From an uncultured virus (IMG/VR IMGVR_UViG_3300044641_009778) (Duplodnaviria; Heunggongvirae; Uroviricota; Caudoviricetes), in IMG/VR virus record IMGVR_UViG_3300044641_009778: DNA of 64,000 bases; one strand, given 5' to 3'. A model generated the notes under the pieces. The model saw nothing but the letters and a program-made list of their open reading frames with translations, did no database searches and was not told the DNA's origin. Position 1 is the first letter of the stretch. The number at the start of each line of letters is the position of its first letter. Both the position numbers and the translations under genes were made by a program. Shown piece by piece: positions 55,941 to 64,000 of the stretch.

Positions 55941-56612
55941 TTATTTCATTTTAGCAACGATGTCGTAGAATTCTTTCTTCAGGCTCTTGTCACTTTGGAA
56001 CACACCGCGCATGATCGCAGTAGTCATATCACTCTCGTGTTCTTTGACACCGCGATGAGTCATGCAGTGATGTTCGGCCTGAATCAGCACAGCCACACCT
56101 TCGGCCTGAGTTTCGGCTTCTACGGCATCGGCGATTTGTACGGTCATTTCTTCTTGGATCTGAGGACGGCTGGCAATCCAATCCGCAAGGCGATTGAACT
56201 TACTAAGTCCAATGACGTTCTTTCCAGGATAGACTCCGATATAGGCACGCCCCACAATATTTTGGAGGTGATGAGCACACGTAGAACGTATTGTGATGGG
56301 TCCGGTGACGTAGAGTTGATCGTATTCTGTGACATTGGGAAATGCGGTAATTTTTGGTGCAGCTCGATATCGGCCTCCGAAAGTTTCTTGCACAAACATC
56401 TTGGCCACGCGATGTGCGGTGTCCTGCGTATTATGATCATTGTCGGTATCGATGATCAGACTCTGCAGCACAGCCTCCATCTTCTTTGCTACTTCTTCGG
56501 TTAGTTTATCTAACTCACGGGGATGTTCGATAAATTCACTGATGTTATCATTACTAAAAAATCTTTTTCCGCTGGCTTGAATGCGCTGACGGATTTTATC
56601 GGACATTGCCAT
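55941..56612 (-). CDS. folE: GTP cyclohydrolase I
   Basis: STCAHH, GLSKFNR, QIQE, HHCMTHRG; own promoter 56642-56670. Confidence 0.95.
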   Translation of the reverse strand: MAMSDKIRQRIQASGKRFFSNDNISEFIEHPRELDKLTEEVAKKMEAVLQSLIIDTDNDHNTQDTAHRVAKMFVQETFGGRYRAAPKITAFPNVTEYDQLYVTGPITIRSTCAHHLQNIVGRAYIGVYPGKNVIGLSKFNRLADWIASRPQIQEEMTVQIADAVEAETQAEGVAVLIQAEHHCMTHRGVKEHESDMTTAIMRGVFQSDKSLKKEFYDIVAKMK

Positions 56613-56859
56613 TTTTGCTCCTTATAAAGATATTACGTAGTATTGTAGTGTATTTAGTAATGAAAGTCAATATACCCTGCCTTTTTCGCAGAGTCCAGCT
56701 ACCGTCGCCGTTGTTGATCCATTCCAGAGTATCGCCGATCTTCCAGTCCAGCCCCTTTAAAATTTCATCACTCAACGGTAAAACGTAGTCGCCACTTTCG
56801 TTGTCGTATTCAACAGTAACGGTCCAGCGTTTACTTACCAATGACGTTTCCAAAGACAT
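56596..56859 (-). CDS. AbrB/MazE-like small protein
   Basis: VLPLSDEIL..LDWKIGDTLEW. Confidence 0.65.
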   Translation of the reverse strand: MSLETSLVSKRWTVTVEYDNESGDYVLPLSDEILKGLDWKIGDTLEWINNGDGSWTLRKRQGILTFITKYTTILRNIFIRSKNGNVR

Positions 56860-57754
56860 AGCAATGATTCCTTGTAGACACCATGTAGCCGCGCTGCATG
56901 GCTTCGACAGCAATATCCGCAACCACGGAATTTTCCTGCGCATCCTTGGTTGCACCCACGGGCATGACCCAGATGTCCGGACTATAGAAACCAGCTTCAC
57001 CGAACATGCGTTGAATGCGATCTGCATGCCCATCTAATTCAGACCAACATTCCGCACTACCATTGCAGACAAATTTAAGAATCGATGTACTAAAGGTTTT
57101 TGTTGCATAGTCAAAAATAACATCATCCTTGACTGCGTCTTTTTCACCAGCCACTGTCCAGAGTTTAGGACTCATGGCCCAGTGCCAACGACTGCCACCA
57201 TCCTGTGGAAATTCTTCGTTGATAAATTCCTGCAGCTCTTCGGTTAAGGGGCGTGTGGCGTTGGTTTCTACCGTGACTGTGCGGGGAAGATTTCCTCGAG
57301 CCTTGAATTCCTGCAGTATGGCCAACATGGCTTTTTGCCACATCATGGGCTCGCCGCCGGTAAAACAAAGCTGTGTATCCTGGCCAGTTATGGGATGCAC
57401 CCATTCACCCTGCGGATTGGTGCTGTGCCGCAGTTGATCAGTCAGCAGATCACAGACTCGGCCAGCATCGGCATCGTGCGCCAGATTTTTATACTTGGCA
57501 CTCCAGCTGTAGCTTGAATCACAGCCATGATCCCACACCGGTAGATCTTCGATGCGTTTCACTGAATTGACATCAAAGCTCTGATAGGGCAGAACATAGG
57601 TTGCGGGATTGGTGGGATCCATCTGACCAAATCCGTTGCATTCTAGATTACAACCAAAGAAACGCAACCACACACTGGGTTTTCCTGCGAGCTCTGCTTC
57701 GCCTTGAAAACTATAAAAAATTTCGGAATATCGTATCTTTTTTGACATATTCAC
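56831..57754 (-). CDS. queE: 7-carboxy-7-deazaguanine synthase (radical SAM)
   Basis: EIFYSFQGE, GCNLEC...CDS, TGGEP, ETN, SPK; promoter 57770-57798. Confidence 0.93.
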   Translation of the reverse strand: MNMSKKIRYSEIFYSFQGEAELAGKPSVWLRFFGCNLECNGFGQMDPTNPATYVLPYQSFDVNSVKRIEDLPVWDHGCDSSYSWSAKYKNLAHDADAGRVCDLLTDQLRHSTNPQGEWVHPITGQDTQLCFTGGEPMMWQKAMLAILQEFKARGNLPRTVTVETNATRPLTEELQEFINEEFPQDGGSRWHWAMSPKLWTVAGEKDAVKDDVIFDYATKTFSTSILKFVCNGSAECWSELDGHADRIQRMFGEAGFYSPDIWVMPVGATKDAQENSVVADIAVEAMQRGYMVSTRNHCYVFGNVIGK

Positions 57755-57775
57755 CTCAATTAAAGCCTGATTATA

Positions 57776-58348
57776 TTAGTTTTTATCCTGTTTGTCAATA
57801 TCTTCTTGAAACTCCAACTGCGCAACATCTTCGGGGGATTGTTCGACTTTGACGGGCAGACTGACTACACGAGCATAGTCGTAGCCATCGATTTGATTTT
57901 TTAGGTAGTCGATGAATTGATTTTGGAACTCGCCGTTGTCATGTTCCTGCGTAATGATTTCGTTGAGATCCAGCTGATCGATGTATCGATATTTAGTTTC
58001 CAGCTGTTTCTTTTCACGCTGAATGCGACGCACAAAGGCATAGAATGTAATCTGAGTAAAATATGCAAATGGATTTTTACTCTTGGCCGGATCGAAATTG
58101 CTGACCACGCTCAGACAATTTTCAATGGCATCGCTGATCATTTCATCTTTGAAACTATAGTTAATGAAGTTCGATTTGTAGCTCAGGTGTCGGGCGATTT
58201 TGATGAAACACTCGCCGATGTATTCCGGTACCTGCGGTCGTTCCTCACCGTTCTGCGCCGCTGTTTCGACTGCGGTTCGATAGGCGATCAGGGCTGCCAG
58301 AAACTCCTGATTATTGATGTAATGATTTCCTTGCTTCACGGCTTCCAT
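57776..58348 (-). CDS. 55: late-transcription sigma factor
   Basis: HYINNQEF, NFINYS, NPFAYFTQI, RRIQREK. Confidence 0.95.
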   Translation of the reverse strand: MEAVKQGNHYINNQEFLAALIAYRTAVETAAQNGEERPQVPEYIGECFIKIARHLSYKSNFINYSFKDEMISDAIENCLSVVSNFDPAKSKNPFAYFTQITFYAFVRRIQREKKQLETKYRYIDQLDLNEIITQEHDNGEFQNQFIDYLKNQIDGYDYARVVSLPVKVEQSPEDVAQLEFQEDIDKQDKN

Positions 58349-58373
58349 GTTGTGCTCACTTTCGATACTGTTA

Positions 58374-58410
58374 TTGACTTTTATTGACTTACTGCCTATA
58401 ATCACGGTGT
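58374..58410 (+). promoter_or_regulatory. antisense consensus sigma70 promoter
   Basis: TTGACT-N17-TATAAT-CACGGTGT; TTATTGACTT x2. Confidence 0.55.
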
Positions 58411-58416
58411 GGTTAG

Positions 58417-58815
58417 TTAATGCAATAGCTTAGTATCAAACTCACCAATCATTAATAGTTCCTCTTCAATGTCTTCTCCCTCTGCGTAATCCATCTCAAT
58501 TTGTTCTGGATCACCGTCGCCACTGATGTACTGTTCATAGCTAGCGATTGCTCTTGCATCCAGATCCGCTATGGTTACGATGCTTTGCACAGCCAAGGGA
58601 TAGTGTTCATCATGCGTGATGGGTACCCAGGGCTGCATGCCCACCACTTCATTTAATTTTCCGTCTTCGAGAAAACGAAAACTATAAAACGCTACGGGAT
58701 TTTGAATATCAATGTATCGCAGTTCGTTCAACTGCCTGCTGGTGATTTCTTGTTCAGTTGTAAAGGCCAATAACTCACCGGTGGTTAATTTTGCAGCCTT
58801 GTAATAGGTATTCAT
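58417..58815 (-). CDS. Sm-like hypothetical protein
   Basis: KLTTGE...NP...PWVP; usual position after uvsW. Confidence 0.7.
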   Translation of the reverse strand: MNTYYKAAKLTTGELLAFTTEQEITSRQLNELRYIDIQNPVAFYSFRFLEDGKLNEVVGMQPWVPITHDEHYPLAVQSIVTIADLDARAIASYEQYISGDGDPEQIEMDYAEGEDIEEELLMIGEFDTKLLH

Positions 58816-60293
58816 TGAATATTCACCTTTATGAGTTTATAGTCGAAATGCTCTTCGTTGTAGATACGAATGCGTTCCGCTAGATGCAGCAGTGTAAAAT
58901 TTCTATGCGTCTTGTAACTAAGGTCATCGCCGATGTCATAGAGATTGCACTGCCGTTTATCCTCGCTGGTTCGAAGCCCGCGACCTATGCTTTGAAGGTT
59001 GCGAATGCGACTTTTGCTCGGGCTTGCAAATATAATATTATGCAGTCTGCGTATATTTATCCCCGTTGAAAATGTGCCGTAGCTCGCTACAATTATGGCA
59101 TTGTCTTCTTTTTCTGTGATGGCTCGTATGGCTTCGCGATCCGCAGTCTCAGTTCCGCCATGCACTAAAAATATTTTACGGCCTTCGGCTGCCTTAGCTT
59201 CTATCATGGCGTGCAGAGGTATGCCGTGCTTCTCTACGAATTGAAACAGCACCAAGGTATTGCCTTCCTGCGCCAAGGCAAGATTGCGAATAAATCGATT
59301 GCGCGCCGGATGAGTAACCACCCAGTCCATTTCTTCCTGATAGCTGAGACCTCGCAGGGACTTGCGAGTTTCTTCGGGATAGCTCAGAGTGATGCATTGA
59401 ATTTTTAGGTCGGTCAAAGTTTGATTTTTAATTAGCTGCTTGGTGGTGGTCACACGATGTACTGCACCAAAAATGCCTTCTAGCACCAACTTATGTGTCT
59501 TCAATCCATCCAAGGTACCGGTGGTGCCAATGCGATATGCACACTGCGGCATTTTATTAAGTATGCCGGTCAAACTGTTGGCCTTGAAGCCATGCGCTTC
59601 GTCGCCAAACACCACATCAAATTTAGCAAAATACTGCTTGGGTAGTTTATAAAGGCTCTGCCAAGTGCTGATAATTACCGGATAATCGGCATCGCGATCG
59701 CGACCAGCATAGACTCGATGCACAAAATTGCTAACCTTGAAACCGTTGTGAGAGCTGTAATCTTGAAAGTCGGTGTATAGTTGTTCCACCAACGATGTAG
59801 TAGGAACAATGATTAGGATGCGACGATTACTGGTCAGGTGGTAGCGCATCAAGGAATACAGGATCATGCTCTTGCCCGAGCCCGTGGGGCTTAGCAACAA
59901 TGCTCGATGCTGATGCACCGCATGATTTACGGCATCCAGCTGATAGTCTCGAATCTCCAGAGGCTCACCTCGCGCATGCAGATTTAATTCTTCGATATAG
60001 TCTCGCACATCAAAATAGGGTTGCGGCAATTTAATCTGTTCATCGCTGACGGTGTAATTGTTTTGAGCAGCAAACTCCTTGACATAGGACACCAATCCTA
60101 CGTATAATTCACGACTGAATAAATTGTAAAGACGCACCTTGCCATCCCAGAGTTTGGCGCGATACTGCGGCATAAACCGCGCATTGGGCATTTCATAGGT
60201 AAAAAAGTCATTGATCTCCTGCATGATGCCTACATCAGCACTTTCTACTACGCAGTGAACATGATTCTTACTTTTAATTACGATGTCAGCCAT
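58812..60293 (-). CDS. uvsW: SF2 helicase UvsW
   Basis: SPTGSGKS, DEAH, QSIGRGLR. Confidence 0.96.
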   Translation of the reverse strand: MADIVIKSKNHVHCVVESADVGIMQEINDFFTYEMPNARFMPQYRAKLWDGKVRLYNLFSRELYVGLVSYVKEFAAQNNYTVSDEQIKLPQPYFDVRDYIEELNLHARGEPLEIRDYQLDAVNHAVHQHRALLLSPTGSGKSMILYSLMRYHLTSNRRILIIVPTTSLVEQLYTDFQDYSSHNGFKVSNFVHRVYAGRDRDADYPVIISTWQSLYKLPKQYFAKFDVVFGDEAHGFKANSLTGILNKMPQCAYRIGTTGTLDGLKTHKLVLEGIFGAVHRVTTTKQLIKNQTLTDLKIQCITLSYPEETRKSLRGLSYQEEMDWVVTHPARNRFIRNLALAQEGNTLVLFQFVEKHGIPLHAMIEAKAAEGRKIFLVHGGTETADREAIRAITEKEDNAIIVASYGTFSTGINIRRLHNIIFASPSKSRIRNLQSIGRGLRTSEDKRQCNLYDIGDDLSYKTHRNFTLLHLAERIRIYNEEHFDYKLIKVNIQ

Positions 60294-60730
60294 TACATAC
60301 CATTGGTGAATTTGTGCCACTCTATTGCGGACTTGATGTCCCAGGTGCGGCTACTGATGCTTTTTAAAATGCTTTCGAGCTGCTGATATACGGTTCTCAG
60401 ATATTCCACTTTGTCGGACTGTGTAATCAAGTCGTCGTCGGTGCTGAGAAATTCGTCCATTTCATTTTTAATGGGTTTGACTCCCTGCCATTGTTCCCAG
60501 CCCAATTCAGTTAATTCTTCGCGACTGAGTTCGCCGCGGTAGTAGCGATATTTAGTACGCCGCAGTCTGGCCAGATCGCTTTCGGCTTTGCGAAGCTGTA
60601 GTCTGCTGCTGGTCAACAGATTGAGATACTTGCTGTGCAGAACGGGGACGTTGGCGCTAGAGTGTCCAAGATTGGTCTCGTCGATGCGACAATCCTTGGC
60701 CCAGGCTTCTTGTATTTCAGTCAATTTCAT
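60293..60730 (-). CDS. uvsY: recombination mediator UvsY
   Basis: LHSKYL, YYRG, IKSAIEW.KF; promoter 60757-60785. Confidence 0.9.
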   Translation of the reverse strand: MKLTEIQEAWAKDCRIDETNLGHSSANVPVLHSKYLNLLTSSRLQLRKAESDLARLRRTKYRYYRGELSREELTELGWEQWQGVKPIKNEMDEFLSTDDDLITQSDKVEYLRTVYQQLESILKSISSRTWDIKSAIEWHKFTNGM

Positions 60731-60787
60731 AATCTATCTCCATTTCAGATACCGTAATTATAACGGATATCCGATCAAGAGTCAATG

Positions 60788-61354
60788 TTATAATGTATTT
60801 ACTGTGAAACGTGAATATCGGAAGTTAGCTATGCCGATGAAGTATTCCATGCCCGCAGATGTGATATCAAAGTCCAGACCTTCTAGACTTGTTGGAAATG
60901 CGTCTTTGAATTCTAAACTTACTGTGGGTTTGTTGTTGCTATCCAACACCAGCAAAGTAGCGTCACTGAATATACCAGGATAAGGATCGCGCCCGTTGAG
61001 ATTGAACAAATTACGTTGCTGTAAAACTCTGGCCCATTGAGCTCCGCTTTCCGGAGTACCGAGACCCACCATCCATTCGTAGAGTTCCTTGTAGTTGCTC
61101 ATGTCTTCGTTGATTAGAAACCGAATGGTAAAATCGCCAAAACTTAGTTTGTCACCGGGGTGCGGAACATCGGCAAATCTCGTAGATTGCACTGCTACTC
61201 CGAGCCCCAGGGCCGGTAGATTGGCACTTTGACATGTATAGGTTACGTTGGGTAGCTTGGCAACCAAGAATTTAAAACTGTTGGGTTTTAAGTAATTAAC
61301 TGACGTGGGCGTAGATTTATCAACTACGTTGCTGGTTATGGTGACGTTGGACAT
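60788..61354 (-). CDS. tail completion protein (gp3-like, tube fold)
   Basis: NYLKPNSFKF, CQSANLP, FPTSL; follows gene 23; late promoter 61377-61383. Confidence 0.8.
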   Translation of the reverse strand: MSNVTITSNVVDKSTPTSVNYLKPNSFKFLVAKLPNVTYTCQSANLPALGLGVAVQSTRFADVPHPGDKLSFGDFTIRFLINEDMSNYKELYEWMVGLGTPESGAQWARVLQQRNLFNLNGRDPYPGIFSDATLLVLDSNNKPTVSLEFKDAFPTSLEGLDFDITSAGMEYFIGIANFRYSRFTVNTL

Positions 61355-61389
61355 AATTTCCTCGCGCAATAATCACTATTTATCATAGT

Positions 61390-61418
61390 AAAAAAGGAAG
61401 GACCCGAAGGCCCTTCCC
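61390..61418 (-). terminator. terminator with cUUCGg loop
   Basis: GGAAGGGC-CTTCGG-GTCCTTCC-T6. Confidence 0.85.
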
Positions 61419-61444
61419 TAAAGTGCTCTCTGCGGAGCCTCCGA

Positions 61445-62728
61445 TTACATCAGGTTTGTAACCTTGACGCGACGGTAGTAGGTGTTGCTGTTGGCGCTCA
61501 GGCTGGTGAACGGGTTGGTTACCAGGCCATAACGTGTCTTGAAACCAATCTTCGGTTGGAAGGTATTGGGATCAACAGCACGTACCATCTGCAGCGGTAC
61601 ATATGGGCAATAGAACATACCAGCGTCATATGGGTTTGTACCCTTATAACCAACAACATAGAACTGGTTAGCAGTGTTCAGGTTCGCCGAATATGGGTCG
61701 ATGTAGACCTTGATCTTACCGTTCAGTACGCCGGCAAAGGTATTGCCAGTGTCATCAACGTTGAGGCTGGTGCTCAGTGCTGGAGTGTAGTCCAGGATAC
61801 CGGCCATGCTCAGTGCGCTTGCAACGTCTGCGGAGCAGACAATGAAGTTACCTTTGCCACGACGTGTTTGCTGAGCGATGTTGTTGGCGTCACGTTCGAT
61901 TTGGAACAGTAAGCCTTTGAAACGTTCGACGCTCCAACGGCCATTTGCGTCTACATCCAGGTCGAAGGTACCGTAGGTTGTGGTAGCACCAGTGTCTGCA
62001 CCTGGCTTGGCGGCAGCATAGATGGTACGGATAACTTCACGGTTGATTTCGAACAGGATTTCCTGGCTCAGGATGTTGCTCAGTTCGCCTTCGGCATCCA
62101 GACCATGTACTGCCTTCAGGTCTTGTGCCAGTTCGACGGTGTACTCGGCCTTCAGTGCACGTGTCTTGGCAGTAACTGTGGTCTTCTCGATGGAGAATGC
62201 CATCTGGTTGAACGCATAGGTATCGCCGAGTTGTTCAGCGTCGCCTGTGTCAATACCTACACCAGTGGTGTATGGACTAACAACTGGGTTAGTGCCAGCG
62301 TGAGCTGTGAGGCTCGAACCAGCGAAGTCGGTGTCGGCTTCGTTGAACAGTGCTTCGGTGTTACCCTGGCTTGTATAGTTGCTCTTCATAGCGAAGATCA
62401 AACCGGTTGGGCCTGTCATTGGCTGAACGCCGCAGACATCGTATGCCATCAAATTAGGCATTGCACGACGCACCAGGCTAATCAGGATAGGATCGTAACC
62501 AGCCATGTTGGCGTTGGGCGAACCGTTGACTTGGCCGCTGAAACCGCCGCCAATGGCGTTGGCTGGAGTGGTTTCCCACAGAGCCTGACGCTCTTCCATC
62601 AGAGCCTTTTCCTGGTTTTCCAGCAAAGTTGCTGTTACCGCACGACGGTACGGATCTTTAATTTCTGCAAGATCTGGGTGGTTGATGATACCTTCCCATT
62701 TCTTTTGTGCTTGTTCGGATAGAAACAT
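61445..62728 (-). CDS. 23: major capsid protein
   Basis: GVQPMTGPTGLIF, RALKAEY, FYCPYVPL, FQPKIGFKTRYG. Confidence 0.98.
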   Translation of the reverse strand: MFLSEQAQKKWEGIINHPDLAEIKDPYRRAVTATLLENQEKALMEERQALWETTPANAIGGGFSGQVNGSPNANMAGYDPILISLVRRAMPNLMAYDVCGVQPMTGPTGLIFAMKSNYTSQGNTEALFNEADTDFAGSSLTAHAGTNPVVSPYTTGVGIDTGDAEQLGDTYAFNQMAFSIEKTTVTAKTRALKAEYTVELAQDLKAVHGLDAEGELSNILSQEILFEINREVIRTIYAAAKPGADTGATTTYGTFDLDVDANGRWSVERFKGLLFQIERDANNIAQQTRRGKGNFIVCSADVASALSMAGILDYTPALSTSLNVDDTGNTFAGVLNGKIKVYIDPYSANLNTANQFYVVGYKGTNPYDAGMFYCPYVPLQMVRAVDPNTFQPKIGFKTRYGLVTNPFTSLSANSNTYYRRVKVTNLM

Positions 62729-62755
62729 TTGTTGCTCCTTAGGTTGAATTAATCT

Positions 62756-64000
62756 TTACTTTTTAACTGCACGGCTAATGGTCTGCATGTAACGCTCCAT
62801 GATGGGCGATGTGTCTGCAGGCTTGTCGCCATTCTGCACTGATTCCTCTAGCATGCGCTCTGGGCTGGCCGGAGCATTGGCCGGGAAATAATTTTCCTTG
62901 ACTACTTTAACTTTCTCTTCGAAAAGTTTTGCATTGTCAAATTCCACACCTTCCAGCAGTTTGGCCAATTTTTCAGCATCGGTTGCTGTTAGGTTGCGGC
63001 TGGCTTCGGTTACGATCTGTTCACGCTTGATGGCATCAAGTTCAGTCTTCAAAGCAATGTTTGCTTCGATGGCTTCATCGAGAGCAGCTACAGCTTCGTC
63101 AACTTTCCCTGACATGTCAGCCAAGACGTCCACGCGATCTTCTGGCACTTCAAAGTAGTGTTCTTGGAATAGGTTCTTTAGACCAAGCATAAAGTCTTCC
63201 GCTACTTCAGTGCGGAGACCATTGTCCACAGCAACCTCATTTTCCTGCATCCATTGTTCAACAACATAATTTAGATATGAATCAACCTTTTCAACAAGAC
63301 CTTCTTTGATAGTTTCAATTTCCGCAGCAGCTTGTTCGGCAAGCTCTTCGGTAATCTTTTCGATTTCATTGTTGACACGAGCAATTACAGCGGCTTCAAA
63401 AATTGCGCCGGCCTGTGTCTTGAATTCTTCGCTGAGTGTTTCATCGCCGGCAAATACGCTGGCAATGTCTTTGCGGAGGTCTTCCAGTGCCATGTCAATG
63501 CGACGTGGCTCCACGACTTCCTCAATGTCTTCTTCGGTAATAACTTCGCCGTCCAGCTGGTCTTCCTCTTTGAAAGGAATTTCGCCTTCGCCGCTGGCAC
63601 CAGGCTGTTCAAATGTACCCGGAGTCACACCCTTGCCGGTGGCTACCTTGACTGCGGCCTTGCGGCTATTGCCCTGCATTGGCTGAGTGGTGTCACCGCC
63701 GCCCTTTTTCAGGCTAGTGTCCGGAGTATTGCTGTGCATGTTCTGAGCTTCGGTGCTCTGAACATCGGCTTTTTTGCTGCTGCCCTGCATTGGCTGAGTG
63801 GTGTCACCGCCGCCTTTTTTCAGCGAAGTATCTTCGCCAGTGGGGTTACCAGAATATGGATCGATTTCGGTCCAGCTGGCCTTTTGGCTGTCGCCCTGCA
63901 TGTGAGCATTCATGCTTTCGCCGTCGTTGGTTTTACCAGCGTCGGCTTCGTTCAAAGCCTGAGCCTTGACTTTTTTAGCTTCCATGAGCTCGCGAATTTT
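62756..64000 (-). CDS. 22: prohead core scaffold, 5' end probably beyond window
   Basis: LSEEFK..A..IFEAA, VDSYLNYVVEQW; frame open to the window edge. Confidence 0.93.
   Translation of the reverse strand, partial: KIRELMEAKKVKAQALNEADAGKTNDGESMNAHMQGDSQKASWTEIDPYSGNPTGEDTSLKKGGGDTTQPMQGSSKKADVQSTEAQNMHSNTPDTSLKKGGGDTTQPMQGNSRKAAVKVATGKGVTPGTFEQPGASGEGEIPFKEEDQLDGEVITEEDIEEVVEPRRIDMALEDLRKDIASVFAGDETLSEEFKTQAGAIFEAAVIARVNNEIEKITEELAEQAAAEIETIKEGLVEKVDSYLNYVVEQWMQENEVAVDNGLRTEVAEDFMLGLKNLFQEHYFEVPEDRVDVLADMSGKVDEAVAALDEAIEANIALKTELDAIKREQIVTEASRNLTATDAEKLAKLLEGVEFDNAKLFEEKVKVVKENYFPANAPASPERMLEESVQNGDKPADTSPIMERYMQTISRAVKK
63655..63905 (-). repeat. 111-bp (37-aa) period repeats in gene 22
   Basis: DTSLKKGGGDTTQPMQG x2, plus a third MQG. 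Confidence 0.8.

Overview
A 64 kb segment of a lytic T4-like myovirus with cyanophage/pelagiphage-type gene order. The host cannot be determined from this window. Almost all genes are on the - strand. In transcription order (right to left): gp22 scaffold (5' end probably outside the window), gp23, gp3-like, uvsY, uvsW and gp55. Next is a ~10 kb island with a 7-deazaguanine DNA-modification pathway (queE, folE, dpdA, a DpdL-like T-fold protein and queD; no queC seen), interleaved with a glycosyltransferase, gmd, two cytidylyltransferases and a 2OG-Fe(II) oxygenase. Then come gp47/46, a PRTase, AAA/CobT/CobS, gp45/44/62, regA and hsp20. A 24-tRNA array follows; it contains several non-tRNA structured elements and has an attenuator-like leader. 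After it are a small fibre/adhesin pair, a + strand late membrane/lipoprotein cassette, gp43, uvsX, gp41, promoter-rich early small ORFs and two nuclease-like ORFs. The window ends with a ~10 kb cluster of predicted capsid-packaged internal proteins that share a T4-type capsid-targeting N-terminus (RNA-ligase-like, HAD, HxGH nucleotidyltransferase, ADP-ribosyltransferase, protease-cleavable polyproteins). All calls come from reading motifs by eye; no database searches were run.
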